A DNA stretch of 64,000 nt, taken from assembly GCA_040285825.1 (NCBI GenBank), contig JAUPSS010000009.1, positions 884,808 through 948,807 of the forward strand, given 5' to 3'. A model generated the notes under the pieces. That model made no database searches. It saw only the letters and a program-made list of their open reading frames with translations, and had not been told where the DNA came from. Every line of letters begins with the position of its first letter. The stretch's first letter is position 1. The translations under genes and the position numbers were made by a program. The DNA is from Eukaryota sp. TZLM1-RC. Taxonomy: Eukaryota > Protista > Metamonada: BaSk clade. Positions 14,301 to 27,000 of the stretch are shown piece by piece.

Positions 14301-15355
14301 CATTGTCATGTCTGTCATGGTAATAGTTATGTCATGGCAGAGGTGTCCTGACAGTGTCATAACAAATGCAAGTTGTTGTGATGCCCAGGTATGGTTTCCA
14401 CACCGCACACATAGTGTCTTATCATCATAAGAGATTAAGGAGGTCATACAGCTTTGCAGTGAAATTGTAAAATTGTCTCTGTTCACAATAGTTTCATTCC
14501 AATAACAAACAACCGGCAGTTCTTTAGCGTTTGAATGGCATTGATTAGAGTCAACATCAACAAATCTCAGTATTGTTCGGCTTTCACACTTTATATCAAA
14601 ATTAAGAACTATTCTTTCCAAAAGTTTCTTTGTCAAATTTCTACGTTCATTAAAAAGACACAAATCAAAAATATTCGGAAAGCATTACAAATGAAATTTT
14701 AAACTCAGCATGTATCAATATTAATGTAGAAGGATGTGATAGACCCCCCTATTTATCACAATATTAGTTTTAGATTTAACGCTTTTTCTGCAGTAAATCT
14801 GTTGGCTTTTTTGATCTTTTCAATTGAATTGAAATTTGCGATTTTCAGTGAGAATGGCCATTAATGGTGAATTCCTCAAAACAAATTACTTTTTGCGCGT
14901 TTTGAAGCTGAAATAGGACCAGCAATGGTGATCAATTCTGAAACTGAACTCAAACTTCACTATCCTCAATACATCAAGTAAATTCAAATCTTTATAAGAT
15001 CAGGACTATTTTCTGAAAGCATCTCTGTTGAACTCAGAAAGCTGAAAAAAATGAAAATTTATTCTGCAAAATAAACAATTTATGATGAAACATCGACGAA
15101 ATTGCTCTCAGACAGAGAGAAAAAATTCATGGAAGCAACAATCTTTATTTATAAATTAATGGCAAACGATCAAGCTAACGAAACAATGCTATTCTGCCCA
15201 AATAGTATGTTTTGACAGATTTTAATCATAGTTCTTGTGTACGTATAAAATTGATTGAAAAAGATTGTGCAGCAATGCAAAATAACCTCAATTCCAGCAA
15301 AACAACTGAAAAACAACAAATTGAGTGATGACAACGAATTACTGTAATCAAAACG

Positions 15356-15880
15356 TGTGATTATGATACGAGATTCAAAAAGTGGACAACGACGTGCTGG
15401 TGTGCCCTCATTTGATGATGTTTTGAATTTTGTTGATGTTGTAACAGTGGATGTTTGCAAGAAAAATGCCTTGAAAAATGCACAATCCGAAGTACCCCAT
15501 CTTGATGGTTCAGAATTGTACAAAAAAGAAATAAGGAACTCTTTTGAACGAATTGAAACATGTTCGCCATGTGGATTACCATATTTGCCCATTTGCTATT
15601 TCTTTGTATGGAAGTCGAGGAAGAACTGCAATGATTTTCATTGATGATCTTGAAAAGCTTGTAAAAAGAAGAATCAATAAGCATTTTGACCGCCGTTTGT
15701 GGTTGAATCGTATTGTTTTTACTAATTTCAAATCAATTCCTAAAATGATTTCGAAAGCACTGATGTCAGTCAGTGCATACTAAGGGGACATTGCTGTTGT
15801 TTCGTTCGATGGTGTGGAAGCTTGTTTTGAAGATATTGATTTTTAGACTGTATTTTTTAGATTAAAAGAATATAATAAAA
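15356..15880 (+). mobile_element. Old 3' fragment of a family B RLE retrotransposon
   Basis: Matches 52000-52500 (RRAxV..PSFDDV..VDVVTVDVCKKNA; LWLNRIVF; CFEDIDF*) and ends in an A-rich tail. Confidence 0.85.
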
Positions 15881-16015
15881 AACGATTGAGCAAAATTTGT
15901 AACAGTGATTTGGTTGTCATTTTTGGAATTGATGTAAGGAACCTAAAAAATCATTGTAATTGAAGTATATTTAGCAGATTGGATTCCATTTCTTTTTCGA
16001 GTTTTCAATTGAAAC

Positions 16016-16144
16016 CATAGTTGAAGATTCCAATTAACAGCCTTTTGTCATGACGTCATGACGTCATAACAGAACTTAAATAACTTAATTAACAGAGATT
16101 TATTCAAATGTTGTGATGACGTCATGACGTAATCTTCAACTATG
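16016..16144. mobile_element. 129-bp MITE with 14-bp TIRs and 8-bp TSD (P- or hAT-like ends)
   Basis: TIRs catagttgaagatt (16016-16029) and aatcttcaactatg (16131-16144). TSD attgaaac at 16008-16015 and 16145-16152. Confidence 0.85.
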
Positions 16145-16206
16145 ATTGAAACACATTATCACTAGAAATAGATGAAACAACTACCAAAGATATCAACAAG
16201 ACCCAC

Positions 16207-16488
16207 TCAGATACATGCTCCTGCTCGTTGACATGATTGTCTGATACATATGTTGAGGATACACCGACGATTGTGAAAGTTAATACATGCATCAACACAG
16301 GGATCTATCCAGGAAGAAGAAGACAATGAGTAGCAACGAGTGCGACACACTTCAATAGTAGGACTGTATTCAATTATCCTCAAATCTGATCTACATTCTG
16401 AGCACAGGTCTTGATATTGAGGAGAAAAGGACGCATAAACACAACCAGAAGAGAAGAGTAAAATAAGGCAAAGTGCAGTGATTCTCAT
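16207..16488 (-). CDS. Small secreted cysteine-rich protein, saposin-like candidate
   Basis: Hydrophobic signal peptide; 10 Cys in the mature part (CxxC...C-x5-C); paralog of the adjacent gene. Confidence 0.8.
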   Translation of the reverse strand: MRITALCLILLFSSGCVYASFSPQYQDLCSECRSDLRIIEYSPTIEVCRTRCYSLSSSSWIDPCVDACINFHNRRCILNICIRQSCQRAGACI

Positions 16489-16575
16489 TGAACAATAGTG
16501 AGAGTATAACCTATAATATAATAAGGTTTGAGAAAAAGTTCTTTATTAGACAAGACATAAACATGGAAGAACTTA

Positions 16576-16860
16576 CTAACAGAATCCATAGCGGTTACAA
16601 ACTTCATTGATACAAGCGGTTAATGAACATCTTCCTGCTAACAAGTTATAACAAGCACTTAGGCACGCCCTGTGGTAATTTGAGTGGAGAACATTGCATC
16701 GAAGACCGCACCACTCCCAATTAAGAGCATGTTGGATTGTGCGAAGATCAGTTCTACATTTTGAACATCTGGAATTGCTCTCCTCTACAGAAGGAGAAGC
16801 AGAAGCAGAAGCAAAGTACAACACTGATGCCAAACACAAGAGGATGACTAGGTGACGCAT
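16576..16860 (-). CDS. Small secreted cysteine-rich protein, saposin-like candidate (tandem paralog)
   Basis: Signal peptide and near-identical Cys spacing (CSKCRTDLR vs CSECRSDLR); ends EVCNRYGFC. Confidence 0.8.
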   Translation of the reverse strand: MRHLVILLCLASVLYFASASASPSVEESNSRCSKCRTDLRTIQHALNWEWCGLRCNVLHSNYHRACLSACYNLLAGRCSLTACINEVCNRYGFC

Positions 16861-17324
16861 GAATCTAGTAATCGTAATGGGAAAATCAAGTCAAATCAAT
16901 ATTCAATCTAATCAGTTATGAATTAATTTTCTTAAATGTGTATGTTCAATAAATATCCAATCAGATCAGCCAAACAGTTTGTCTTTGCGAATTATTATAT
17001 ACAGTTCTGTTAGATTTGTTCTGAAAAGTTTGTTTGACGCACATTTACAAACTAGTATTGTGAGGCTTTATTGTTTCGATGCCATTGGTACACTGCAAGG
17101 ACAACCTCTTAGACTTGATACAATACAAATCAGGTACAAAAAACAAGCTCAACATACCAACAAAACAATCAACCCCAATGTTGAGTCCATATGTTTACTC
17201 TGCTTTTACCAAATACAACAATTGGAAATGACATATTCGCGATTACATTGAGTGTACTAGAAATTTCTTTTCATCAATGTAAATTAGAAAATTGGGATAC
17301 AATTTTGGTGAGAAATTAAATAAC

Positions 17325-17730
17325 TTTTGAACATTGTTTACATTTTATTAACTCAGATATCAGTTATCCTCCTCTTCCTGGGGAAAAATCCCAAATTGCT
17401 AAATATGCGAAACCTATTTCTTCTGTTAATGAAAATTAACCTGCCCAATATAATTTACGTCCCATTGTTTGCTCTTTGCTCAATTCTTCGGGGGCTGTTT
17501 ATGCATTCCTTGAGGATTTCGCTGTTGTTGTAAAAGAATGGACTAGAAGAATTTACAATCATGTTCACAGGCAAAACAGATGTGAATTTTCTATTTTTAA
17601 GGGAATAAAAATTTAAAAATTAAATTTATTTCTGATTCACTTCCTTCTTTTGGTAATTAACTGTTTCGATGTAGCAGAGGCAGAATATGAGGATATGGAG
17701 CTCTATTTGTGTATTTGATTGTTCTAGTTT
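17325..17730 (+). mobile_element. Old 3' fragment of a family D RLE retrotransposon
   Basis: Degenerate match to ~59475-59880 (attaactc.gat...aaattgctaaatatgcgaaacc...gaggcag..tgaggat). Confidence 0.7.
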
Positions 17731-17991
17731 TACTCATGGCTTAAAACCAATTAATCTGTTTTCGATCACAATTATAGATACTATCACTGAATTTAACCTC
17801 CTTGCTCCCCATTTGTGACAATCACTGTTGCCAAGAATAAATAAAGACATAGAGGATATTTATTGTTGCCCAATGTTATTATGCATGAAAAAAAAGAAAT
17901 GATCATCAAAATATAGTTAAAAAGGGTTACTTATTCTATTTTAGAGTTAAATATAACAAAAATGATTAAAAAAGACTATTACAAACTAAAT

Positions 17992-19018
17992 CTACTTCTT
18001 GCTCTTTGAAGATCGGTATTTTCCAATAACTGTGATAAGAAAAATGAAAAAGTAATAACATACCAACTGCATGGTCACGTTCATATGGTTCAAGTGGAAT
18101 CTGTTCAATGGGTTTAAAGTTTTCTTTAACAAGTTTTGAAACTTCCCTGGCAAATACGACTTCAGCAGCGACAGTAGAATCGATACAGTTTGCTTTAATA
18201 CTAATGAGGAAAGCACCATCGTGTTTTAAAAAGTGATGAGCATTTATGGCAACAATTCTGGCTTGATCTGGCTGGGCGACGTCTGCGAATATGGTATCTA
18301 CCATAGGGACAAGCATTCTGTATTTGTGTGGATGACGGGCATCCTCTACAATGGGAACAACGTTGGTCCTTTGCTGGGCAACACCTATCAGATCACGACC
18401 AGAACGATGAGAGAATTCAACTGCATAGACCATTCCTTCGGGACCAACGATATCAGCTACATGTGAAACTGTGGTTCCATTAGCGGCACCCAGGTATAAG
18501 ACCTTGCTTCCTGGGGCAATATAGATATCATCAACACCTCCAATAACGGTTGCTGCAAGCTTGGATCTAAAGGGGTTCCAGACACGATATTCTACCTTCT
18601 CTTCATTGACATCGACGGAAATACGCTTTTCACCATAGACGGAAACACCAGGAACAGTGTTAAGAGTGGCCAGGGCGTCTTCTTCTTTTCCAACAGACTT
18701 GACGACGAAGATACCGGGATGACGATGAGGTTCAACGTGGACTTTGCTACCGCCTCCGAGACCGGGCCTTCCACCACGAGAACCACCGCGGCCACCTCTA
18801 TCACCGCCACGACCGCGACCGCCTCTATCACCACCGCGGCCTCTTCCACCACGGCCACCCCTGTCGCCACCACGGAAGCCGCCTCTATCGCCACCACGGA
18901 AACCACCACGGCCACCTCTATCACCACCGCGACCGCGACCGCCTCTATCGCCACCACGGCCTCTGCCACCACGACCGCCGCGGCCTCCGCGACCGCCTCG
19001 AGAATCACCAAAAGACAT
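17992..19018 (-). CDS. NOP1: Fibrillarin, rRNA 2'-O-methyltransferase; exons 19018-18064 and 18029-17992, 330 aa
   Basis: N-terminal RGG/GAR domain; [14 protein letters not shown]; [20 protein letters not shown]; [12 protein letters not shown]; LEPYERDHA. Splicing gives the C-terminus [15 protein letters not shown]. Confidence 0.98.
18030..18063 (-). other. 34-nt spliceosomal intron in fibrillarin
   Basis: GTATGT...pyrimidine-rich...CAG. Removing it joins two reading frames into the conserved fibrillarin C-terminus. Confidence 0.88.
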
Positions 19019-20642
19019 AGGAAAAGAGTAAGAGTTGTGTAAGAGGAAGTGAGTTTGAATACCTGTTTTTGTTACTAAATTACCCTAGCTTACTTCAATT
19101 CAATGAATCAACCCACAGGTGAATAAACCCCTTCTTTGGTGTTGTATTGATCATGTAAAATAAAAAGTGTCATTTTGGAAGGGTTTAGTTTGGCTCCTTT
19201 GTTAGTTGATTTGCAGAACAGTAAGCAATCAAATTAAATTAAACTTGACGTTTTGATGGTTAATGAAGCTTTGACTTCAGCAAACGTCCTGTTTCTCCGA
19301 AAAGGTATGGTACCGATGATACGTTGCTGCGGGCAACCATTTCCAGATTCTAAAAGAGAAAAAGGAAACCAATCACCATGTGACATTGTTTATCAGCTTG
19401 CAAAAATCTGTATTTGAAAATTCAGTAACGACTGTTGAAAGAAGCTTTTGAAAAGAAATATGGTGGTTTTCATCAATATGTTTGCAATTGAAGTTAGAAT
19501 GTGTAACAACAAAAGGAGTCAATATTTGAGTAGTAGATAGTTGTGGTAATTCAATAATTGATAATATAATTAAATGGGTAGTTTCCCCAATGTATCAATG
19601 TATCATTTGTCATTTTTTAACAAAGATGGTTCTTTTTGAAGATGAAAGGTACTCTATTTGAATTTTTGAAGGTGATTAGTATTGAGTAGTTCGATCTTAC
19701 TGCTGCTGATGTGTAGTCATCAACCTCTCCATTTAAAGTAAGTTACAGCAGGTCAGTTTGATTTTGTTACCAGATTGGAGAATCCGATAACAAGAATTCT
19801 TGAATTGATTCATTTACTAACAGTTGACTTTACACCATACCTTCAAATTTCAAGAATTCCGTCCAAGATGTCTAATTCGGTGCAATTACAATAACTATTG
19901 AATGTTTTGCCAAAAGCTTAATCAATTGCAATAATTCCAACATTGTAATTGCAATTCTGAAATTCAGAAATATGTTTGACTAAAAGTACTAAACAGTAAT
20001 TGAACTTTAACGGTTGAGGAAAGTTTTGAAACATCCTATTAATCTTTAGTTTACTTCAACATTTCGAATCCATTTCCAATTAGAATAACAAAAACTATAG
20101 TAAAATACAACCACATCAGCTGTAGCAGGAGCTTTTATGTAATGGAGACATTAAATGGAGACATAATTCAATTGTCAATATAGTTGTTAATACCATAAAT
20201 AATTCCTGCATTATTACGCTGTTTCCTGTTATTGACCCCAGATATCAAGTACATAATTATGAAAACTTTGCTTTGGTTGTGACTGAATTGCAACACTGTC
20301 GTTTTTTTTTCACAAAAAATACATGTTTAAGTAAACAGCAGAGAAGGAGCAGTTTATAGGTAGGTCAGGTGTAGTAAAAGACATATAATGTGATAATTTT
20401 GCATGTAGTGTTTGGGATTAAGAAGTGTTCAACACCGTGTTCTCCTTTCAAATGATGTTGTTTTCAGCAGCGCCTTTGTTTGAAGAACACTGTTACAAAT
20501 ATTGTAAATTCGAACATAGCTTGCATCATTGTTTATCACTTTAGATTGAATGCTCGAACCAATTCTTATTGGAGATACTGACACAATTGCTTATGTTGCA
20601 TCATTTACGCAAAAAATTCGCATTGTGAACCCATCTATGAAA

Positions 20643-21073
20643 GATCAACTTGTGATCAAACTTTGTGTGAAATTGTGTGTGAGTAATGTTGGCTATGTGT
20701 TACTTGATCAGTACAAACTCATGATTACATTTTCAATTGATTTTGTATATATCTGAATTAATTGAGTTTATTAATTTTTAAACATTAAATTGTAAAAAAA
20801 ATAAAAAATCAAAAACTATACAATTGAATGTTGTAAACTAATAAAACAAATGCTGTAGGTGAAAGAGTATCGTTTTTGATACGATTTACAGAGGCTCATA
20901 TCAAGTTCCTAGTTTCGTATATTGACCAATGGTTGTTTATTACAATCGTTGGTCAAATCTTTAAAGTCCATTTTGGGACAATTAATATAACAATTGTGGT
21001 GTTAAAGTCTGTGCTATGGTCATTTGAGTAGTCATTGGTATGATTGGTTGAATGGTCATTGGTATGATTAGGT
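20643..21073. repeat. 462-bp tandem repeat, most of unit 1 (completed by 27321-27351)
   Basis: Nearly identical to 27309-27433 and 29770-30240. Removing the TSD-bounded insertions gives two exact 462-bp units and the start of a third. Confidence 0.92.
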
Positions 21074-24000
21074 CTTTATTGAATTTCTAAAAGAAAAAGA
21101 ACGAAACAACTATAAAAGTAAATAAAAAAAACATAAACTACCAAAACCTACGAGCTTCATGAATTCTTTGAAGAATAGAATTAAATGCTTGATTACATCT
21201 AAAACTATTTTTTCTGAATTATACAACTAATTTCACTGCAAAGCTCAATCCAACCAAAACGTTTAAATGTTTCTTTAGTTTTCTTGTACCAATCCCCATG
21301 GACATTAAAAACTAAAGGAACAATTTCTGAAATTAAATTGTATTCTTTTAGAATACTGTGTTTCCTTATTTTAGTAGCAAAGGCTTGAGAGTAAGCATCT
21401 TGCCATTTATTTCCAAAACCAAGGAAAGTATGCTATCAATATTATTTGGGAATTTTTTGGTTCTTTTTGTCCTCCTTTTGAACAAAATTTCGTTAATATT
21501 TCCGAAGATTTAACCAATATAGCACCGAGAAATCAGTCATCCGAGAAATTAAGTAAAATTTTTGAAGACAAATGCTTTGACAACAAATGGTCCAAGGCTT
21601 TGTCAGCTTTAAGTCCCGGAGTCAAAGCACCGAACAATGAAAATACAGTAGATAAACTGAAAAAACTTCATCCTTATGAAGACCCTGTTATGGATCAAAA
21701 TTTTTACGGCACATACTGGGAAAATTATCCATTGATGCCATCAGAAGTTTTTTTCGGTTATCAAAAAGAGACCTCGTGGTAAGTCTGCCGGACTTTCTGG
21801 TATTACTATTGATCATGTAAAAGCCGCGATTATTTCTTCAGAAGATTGCCTTGGTTTATTGACCAAATTTTTCAACCAAATATTATCTGGTCAACGCAAG
21901 TACCCAGAAGAATTAAGAAGTTCTCGTTTGACTGCACTTGTCAAAAATTCAAAAATGGATGTTCGTCCTATTGCAGTCTCTGAGAGCTTACATAATATTT
22001 TTTTCTGCGTGTTGCTTAAGCAGGTTCAATGAAAAAGCTAAAAGATTTTATTACCCTTTCAATATGGTATAAATACTACAGATGGAGTCTCTTCAGCGAT
22101 TTTTGCTACTGATGTCTTATTTCGTCAAAATGAATCCAATGTTTGTATGTCATTGGATTTTTAGTAATGCTTTCAATTCGCTAAGTCGTCGCAGTATCCA
22201 TGGTGCTCTATTGCAATATATGCCAGAATTAATACCATATTTTCAATCAACATATTGCACATATTCTAATTTACATTTTGGTAACAACATTTTGATTTCA
22301 TCAAGTGGCGTAAAAGCAAGGAGATCCGTTAGGACCTCTTTTGTTTTGTTTGGCCATTCATCCTATTCTACTGCAAATTCAAGAGATGTTTCCTTCACTA
22401 AAAATGATTGCATATATGGATGATGTTGTGCTTATTGGTGAATTAAATATTGTGAAAAAAAGCAACTGTATGTTTTAAAGAATTATTTACCAAAATTGGT
22501 CTCCGACTTAATTTACTTAAATGTGTTTTGTTATCGAATTCTCCAGTTTCCACAATAATTGATGATATTGAAATTCAAGCCAAATTATATTCAATTGATG
22601 CTATTCGTCATTTGGGTTCTTTTTTTAGGAAATAATGATGAAATTACCAAAAAAATTGTTTGAAAAGTTGAACTCAATTTCTGACAAAATTGACCGAATG
22701 ATGAATTTAGATATAAAAAAACACATCAAATTTACCATTATAAGACTGTGTTTTTAGTTCCAATTTTAATCATATATTTCGATCTACAAATCCTCTCGTC
22801 ACTAGACCTTTGGCTCAAAAGTTTAATGAGTTACGTGCAAAAAGTTCTGTCTCAATTACTGGGATGTAAAATGTTTCAAATTCCAGATCATGCTTACCTT
22901 AGTCCACAATATGGTGGTTTAGGGTGGACGAAGGCTTCTATTCTTACCTCGTGTGCTTTTTGTTGGTGGATGCAGAAATGCAATCTTTGAGTTCTCCGAA
23001 AGATTTGCAGATTGGGAAGATTTATTGATGACAACGCAAAAGTTCCACTGTTTTTGCATTAGATGAAGAAATTTCAAGAATTGACGTGAAAAATGGGGTC
23101 GATGTTTTCCCCAATCATTCAATGGCAATATTCCAGAAAAAATGTTTTAAATTTGAAGTACACTCTTCGAACATTACAGAAAAAGATTGACTGGAATGTA
23201 TGAAAAAGATCTTTATAATAATATTTGCAGCTCGGCTGTTTTTAAATCAAGATCTTCACTCATTGTTATTGGAAAAGGGTGTTTGTGAAAACAAGGTGTC
23301 AGATTCTTCACCTTTTGTAACCATTGTACCACGAAGATTTGGATTGTGTGCTACTAATGAAGCATTTGTAACAAAAATGAGATTATATTTGAACATCCCC
23401 ATTAACCAATTATTATCAAAAGAAAAATGTATTTGTTCGAATTCACCTCAACTCACTTTGCGCCATGCTCTAAATTGCTCTAAATTGATAACTTATCGTT
23501 CTTCATTACATGATGCTGTTAGAGACACTGTTTTCAATATGGCACAAACTGCAAGGATATCGTGTATCAAAGAGCCCCTGCTGAAAGAAACACTTTCTCT
23601 GAATAATTTTAGTTCTGATGATAGAGGTGATGTATACTGTGATTGGATTGATAATTCTGAAGCTATTGTTGACTTTGTCTCATGTAATGTTGCAAACGAT
23701 ACTTTGGTTCACAGAAGAAATCTTAATCCTGTGGCTGCTCTGGATTTTAAAGCAAAAGAAAAACATAGAAAATATGATAAAGAAATTGAAGATGCAAATA
23801 TCGATAGAAATACACAGCTGGTTTTTATTGCTTTTCCATTTTCGATAAATGGAAGATTATCAGTTGAAGCAGAAACTTTTTGGATGACTTCCAAAAAAAT
23901 GGTGAAAGAAAAAACAATGAAAAGATTTGATATTTTTTTATGGCGTTCACGGATTCAATTTGCCATTATTAATAGATTACCGCGGTTTTTCAATCGAATT

Positions 24001-27000
24001 AGAGAAGCTTTAGCTAGACAGCAAGCAAATCAAGATTTTGTAGAGGAAATCTTGGTTTAATGATAGTCGTCCCATTAGTTATGATTTAATTTAATCAAGT
24101 GTGCAAATTCAATAAATTAATATATATTTCCAAAACCACCAACTATTGTAATATCAAACGCAATTTTGGTTTTGGGATCAAATAAATCTAAATAAATTTT
24201 TTTTAAACCAATTTCAAATTCCTTTTCCTTTTCATATTTGGAGATATTTAATAAATAATCTCTAACTTCATCATGTCTGTTTTTAATGCATCGTGAAACA
24301 CCTTTACATTGAAAACTATGGTCTAAACCGAGATTTGTGTAACCACATCTGGGACACTGATGATAAAAATTATTAAAAATTAATCGAAGATTCAGAAAAT
24401 AAGACATGAATTCATCAGAAAAAGTGAAATTTGCATTAAAAGGTAATGCATTCAAAAAACTACCTGAAAGTTCAGAACAATTAGCTTCTAATTGTAATTT
24501 TTCCATATCAGACATTGTTTTTTGAAGAGAATTCATTTCATTTTTATAAAATTCCTTTGTTAATTTTGATTGAGAAATTATTATGTCTTTATCCCAAATA
24601 GACTCATATCCTACAAATTGTGGATTTAAAGTAGAATAGATGAGGTCCAAGTCGGAATTTGTGACAAAATTCATCAAATTCAAATCTTTGACAGAAGAAT
24701 ATAGTGAACATGAATAAGCAATGTTAGCTACAACAGAAAGGTCCTGAAAACCTAGTCCACCTGACTCCAAAGGAATAAAAAATAAACTTTTTAAATTTAA
24801 TTTCTTGGAAATTGATAAAATTAAAAAAATTAAAAAATTCAGCTTTCCATAGATGAAAACCAAGAACTGTATTGTGAAATGGAATGGTACGAGCCCAATA
24901 CATCAAAATAGAATTAATACATTACTTAAAAAGTAATAATTGATTCTGAATTGGTAGTTCCTTTAGTAAATTTAATTTGGGGATAAGTTCATTCCTTGTT
25001 TTATCATCAAGGAACTGACTTTCATATTCATTTGTACCAATAGGACTACCTAAACACATGAAATCCTCATTATTTTGAAAAATCTTTGTTTTTGCTAAAT
25101 TTAAACTTAATCCAATTTTTGAATAATGATTAGATAATTCAACCAACAATTGATCACTATCAATTGATTCATCCAGTAAAATATAAGTATCATCTAAATA
25201 AGATAATACTGACACACCTTCAATATCACTTAGTAATTTAAGAATTTTAGAAGTTCCCAAACTATATAAAAATGGAGAAATTGGATCTCCTTGTTTGACT
25301 CCAGTCGAAGAAAACACAACATTATCTTCAAAAAATAACTTGGTTTGCCATAGGACCAAGTATAAAAATTAATTAATTGTGGATAATTTTGAATTAAATT
25401 ATGATAGATATGATTTCTACTAATACAATTAAATGCATTAAAAATATCTAAACAAATTACCCTATCATATTTTTGGTGCAGTTTTTTCAATCTTAATGAA
25501 TGGATAATTTTCTCTGTACCACTCTTAACCTTTACACCAAATTGACCCAAACTTACAAGTTGAGATGGATCTAAATCAACAGTTAAATATTTTGATGCGA
25601 TTCTATAAACAATCTCTGAAATTGCAATCGGACGAACACCATTATTAGGTTTGGTAAGCACAATTAATTTGGAACTTAATAAAATAAATGATAAAGTATC
25701 ATCTAAACTTCCATTGATTATGTTTTCAATTAAATAAACTAAAACTTCAGTCAACGCTTCACTGAAGATAGTGGGAAGATGAGTTAAATTGAATCCCGAT
25801 ATACCACCAGCTGTTCCTTTTTTAAAATAAAATTTTAAAATAAAATTAACCATTTAGCCTTTTCACGTACATTTAATGAAGAGCTAAGAATAAAATTTTG
25901 TACGTGAAAATAAGTTTTTTTAACAGGTTGTAAACTTAGATTAACACATGCTAAAATTTTGAAAACCTGAATAAATAAATCATCAGGTATTTCAAATAAA
26001 TCAGTAAAATCATTACTGTTTGAACAATTATTTTCGAAAGTAGATAAATGTTGAAAATAACTAAAAATATCATCCTTTTGGATGTTTTTATGAATTATGC
26101 CGAAATGTTTTGATATACCATTTTCAGCGTAAATTCTGTCACAATTATCAATTGGACATACAACAAGTGAATTTGATTGTAAAAATTCATCATTAAAAAA
26201 TTCGACTTCATGAATATTTCTATTATTTAAATGTTTTAATAATCTTTGTTGATCTTTGAAAGGGCCAGCTCCACATTGGCATTTATGAATAAAATTATTT
26301 TCAGTGTTAAATATAACTTCTGATGAAAAAGTGGGTAAAGCAATACTTTCATCTAAAGTGTCAAATAAAGGCAAATAATTAGCACTATTGGAATTAAGAC
26401 CAGTTTTAGCCCACTGATCTGCAATTTCATTTTATTATCATTATTGTGTGCCTTTACCCAATTGAAAATAAATTGAGTATTTAGTTTCTGTAACAGTATT
26501 TGAATCAAATTAACTTTCTTCTTAATAATATTGACTGTAGCGTTAAATTGACCAGATAACCATTTAATAACATTTTGACTATCAGTGAAAAATTCAACTC
26601 TTTTAGGTTTGTATTTTAACTTAAGGAGAGATAATAAACCCAAAATAATAGCAGATAACTCAGCAGAGTTGATGGTAGCTTTATCTAACACTTGACCATA
26701 TTGATTGAAAATTAGTTTATCCTTTATGTAAAGCTGACATGAACATCCTGCTAAACGTTTAGCGATACCATTATCATCAATAGTGGTTGCTGAACCATCT
26801 GTATAAATAAAGATGATTGGCGGTTCTGATAAGAGAGAAGATGAGTGTTCAGAAGAGTCTTGTGAACAAGAATGTCTAGATTCGTAATGTGAAGATGATT
26901 TTTCCAAAACTGTATTTTTTGTGTTTGCAGTAGAGTGCAAATTTAAGAAAGAAGAGTTATCAGAAACACTAGTGGAAGACGTAGGGGGTAAAATTGGAGG

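Noticed and set aside
11400-15300. Short Cys-rich ORFs (12289-12528, 14247-14663 and others)
   Set aside because: No recognisable domain. They may be exons or relics but cannot be supported from sequence alone.
18233-19042. Overlapping ORFs rich in Ala/Thr, Pro/Arg or Val
   Set aside because: They are alternative-frame and antisense shadows of fibrillarin and its RGG repeats.
19100-19400. Possible snoRNA upstream of fibrillarin
   Set aside because: No convincing paired C/D boxes or terminal stem.
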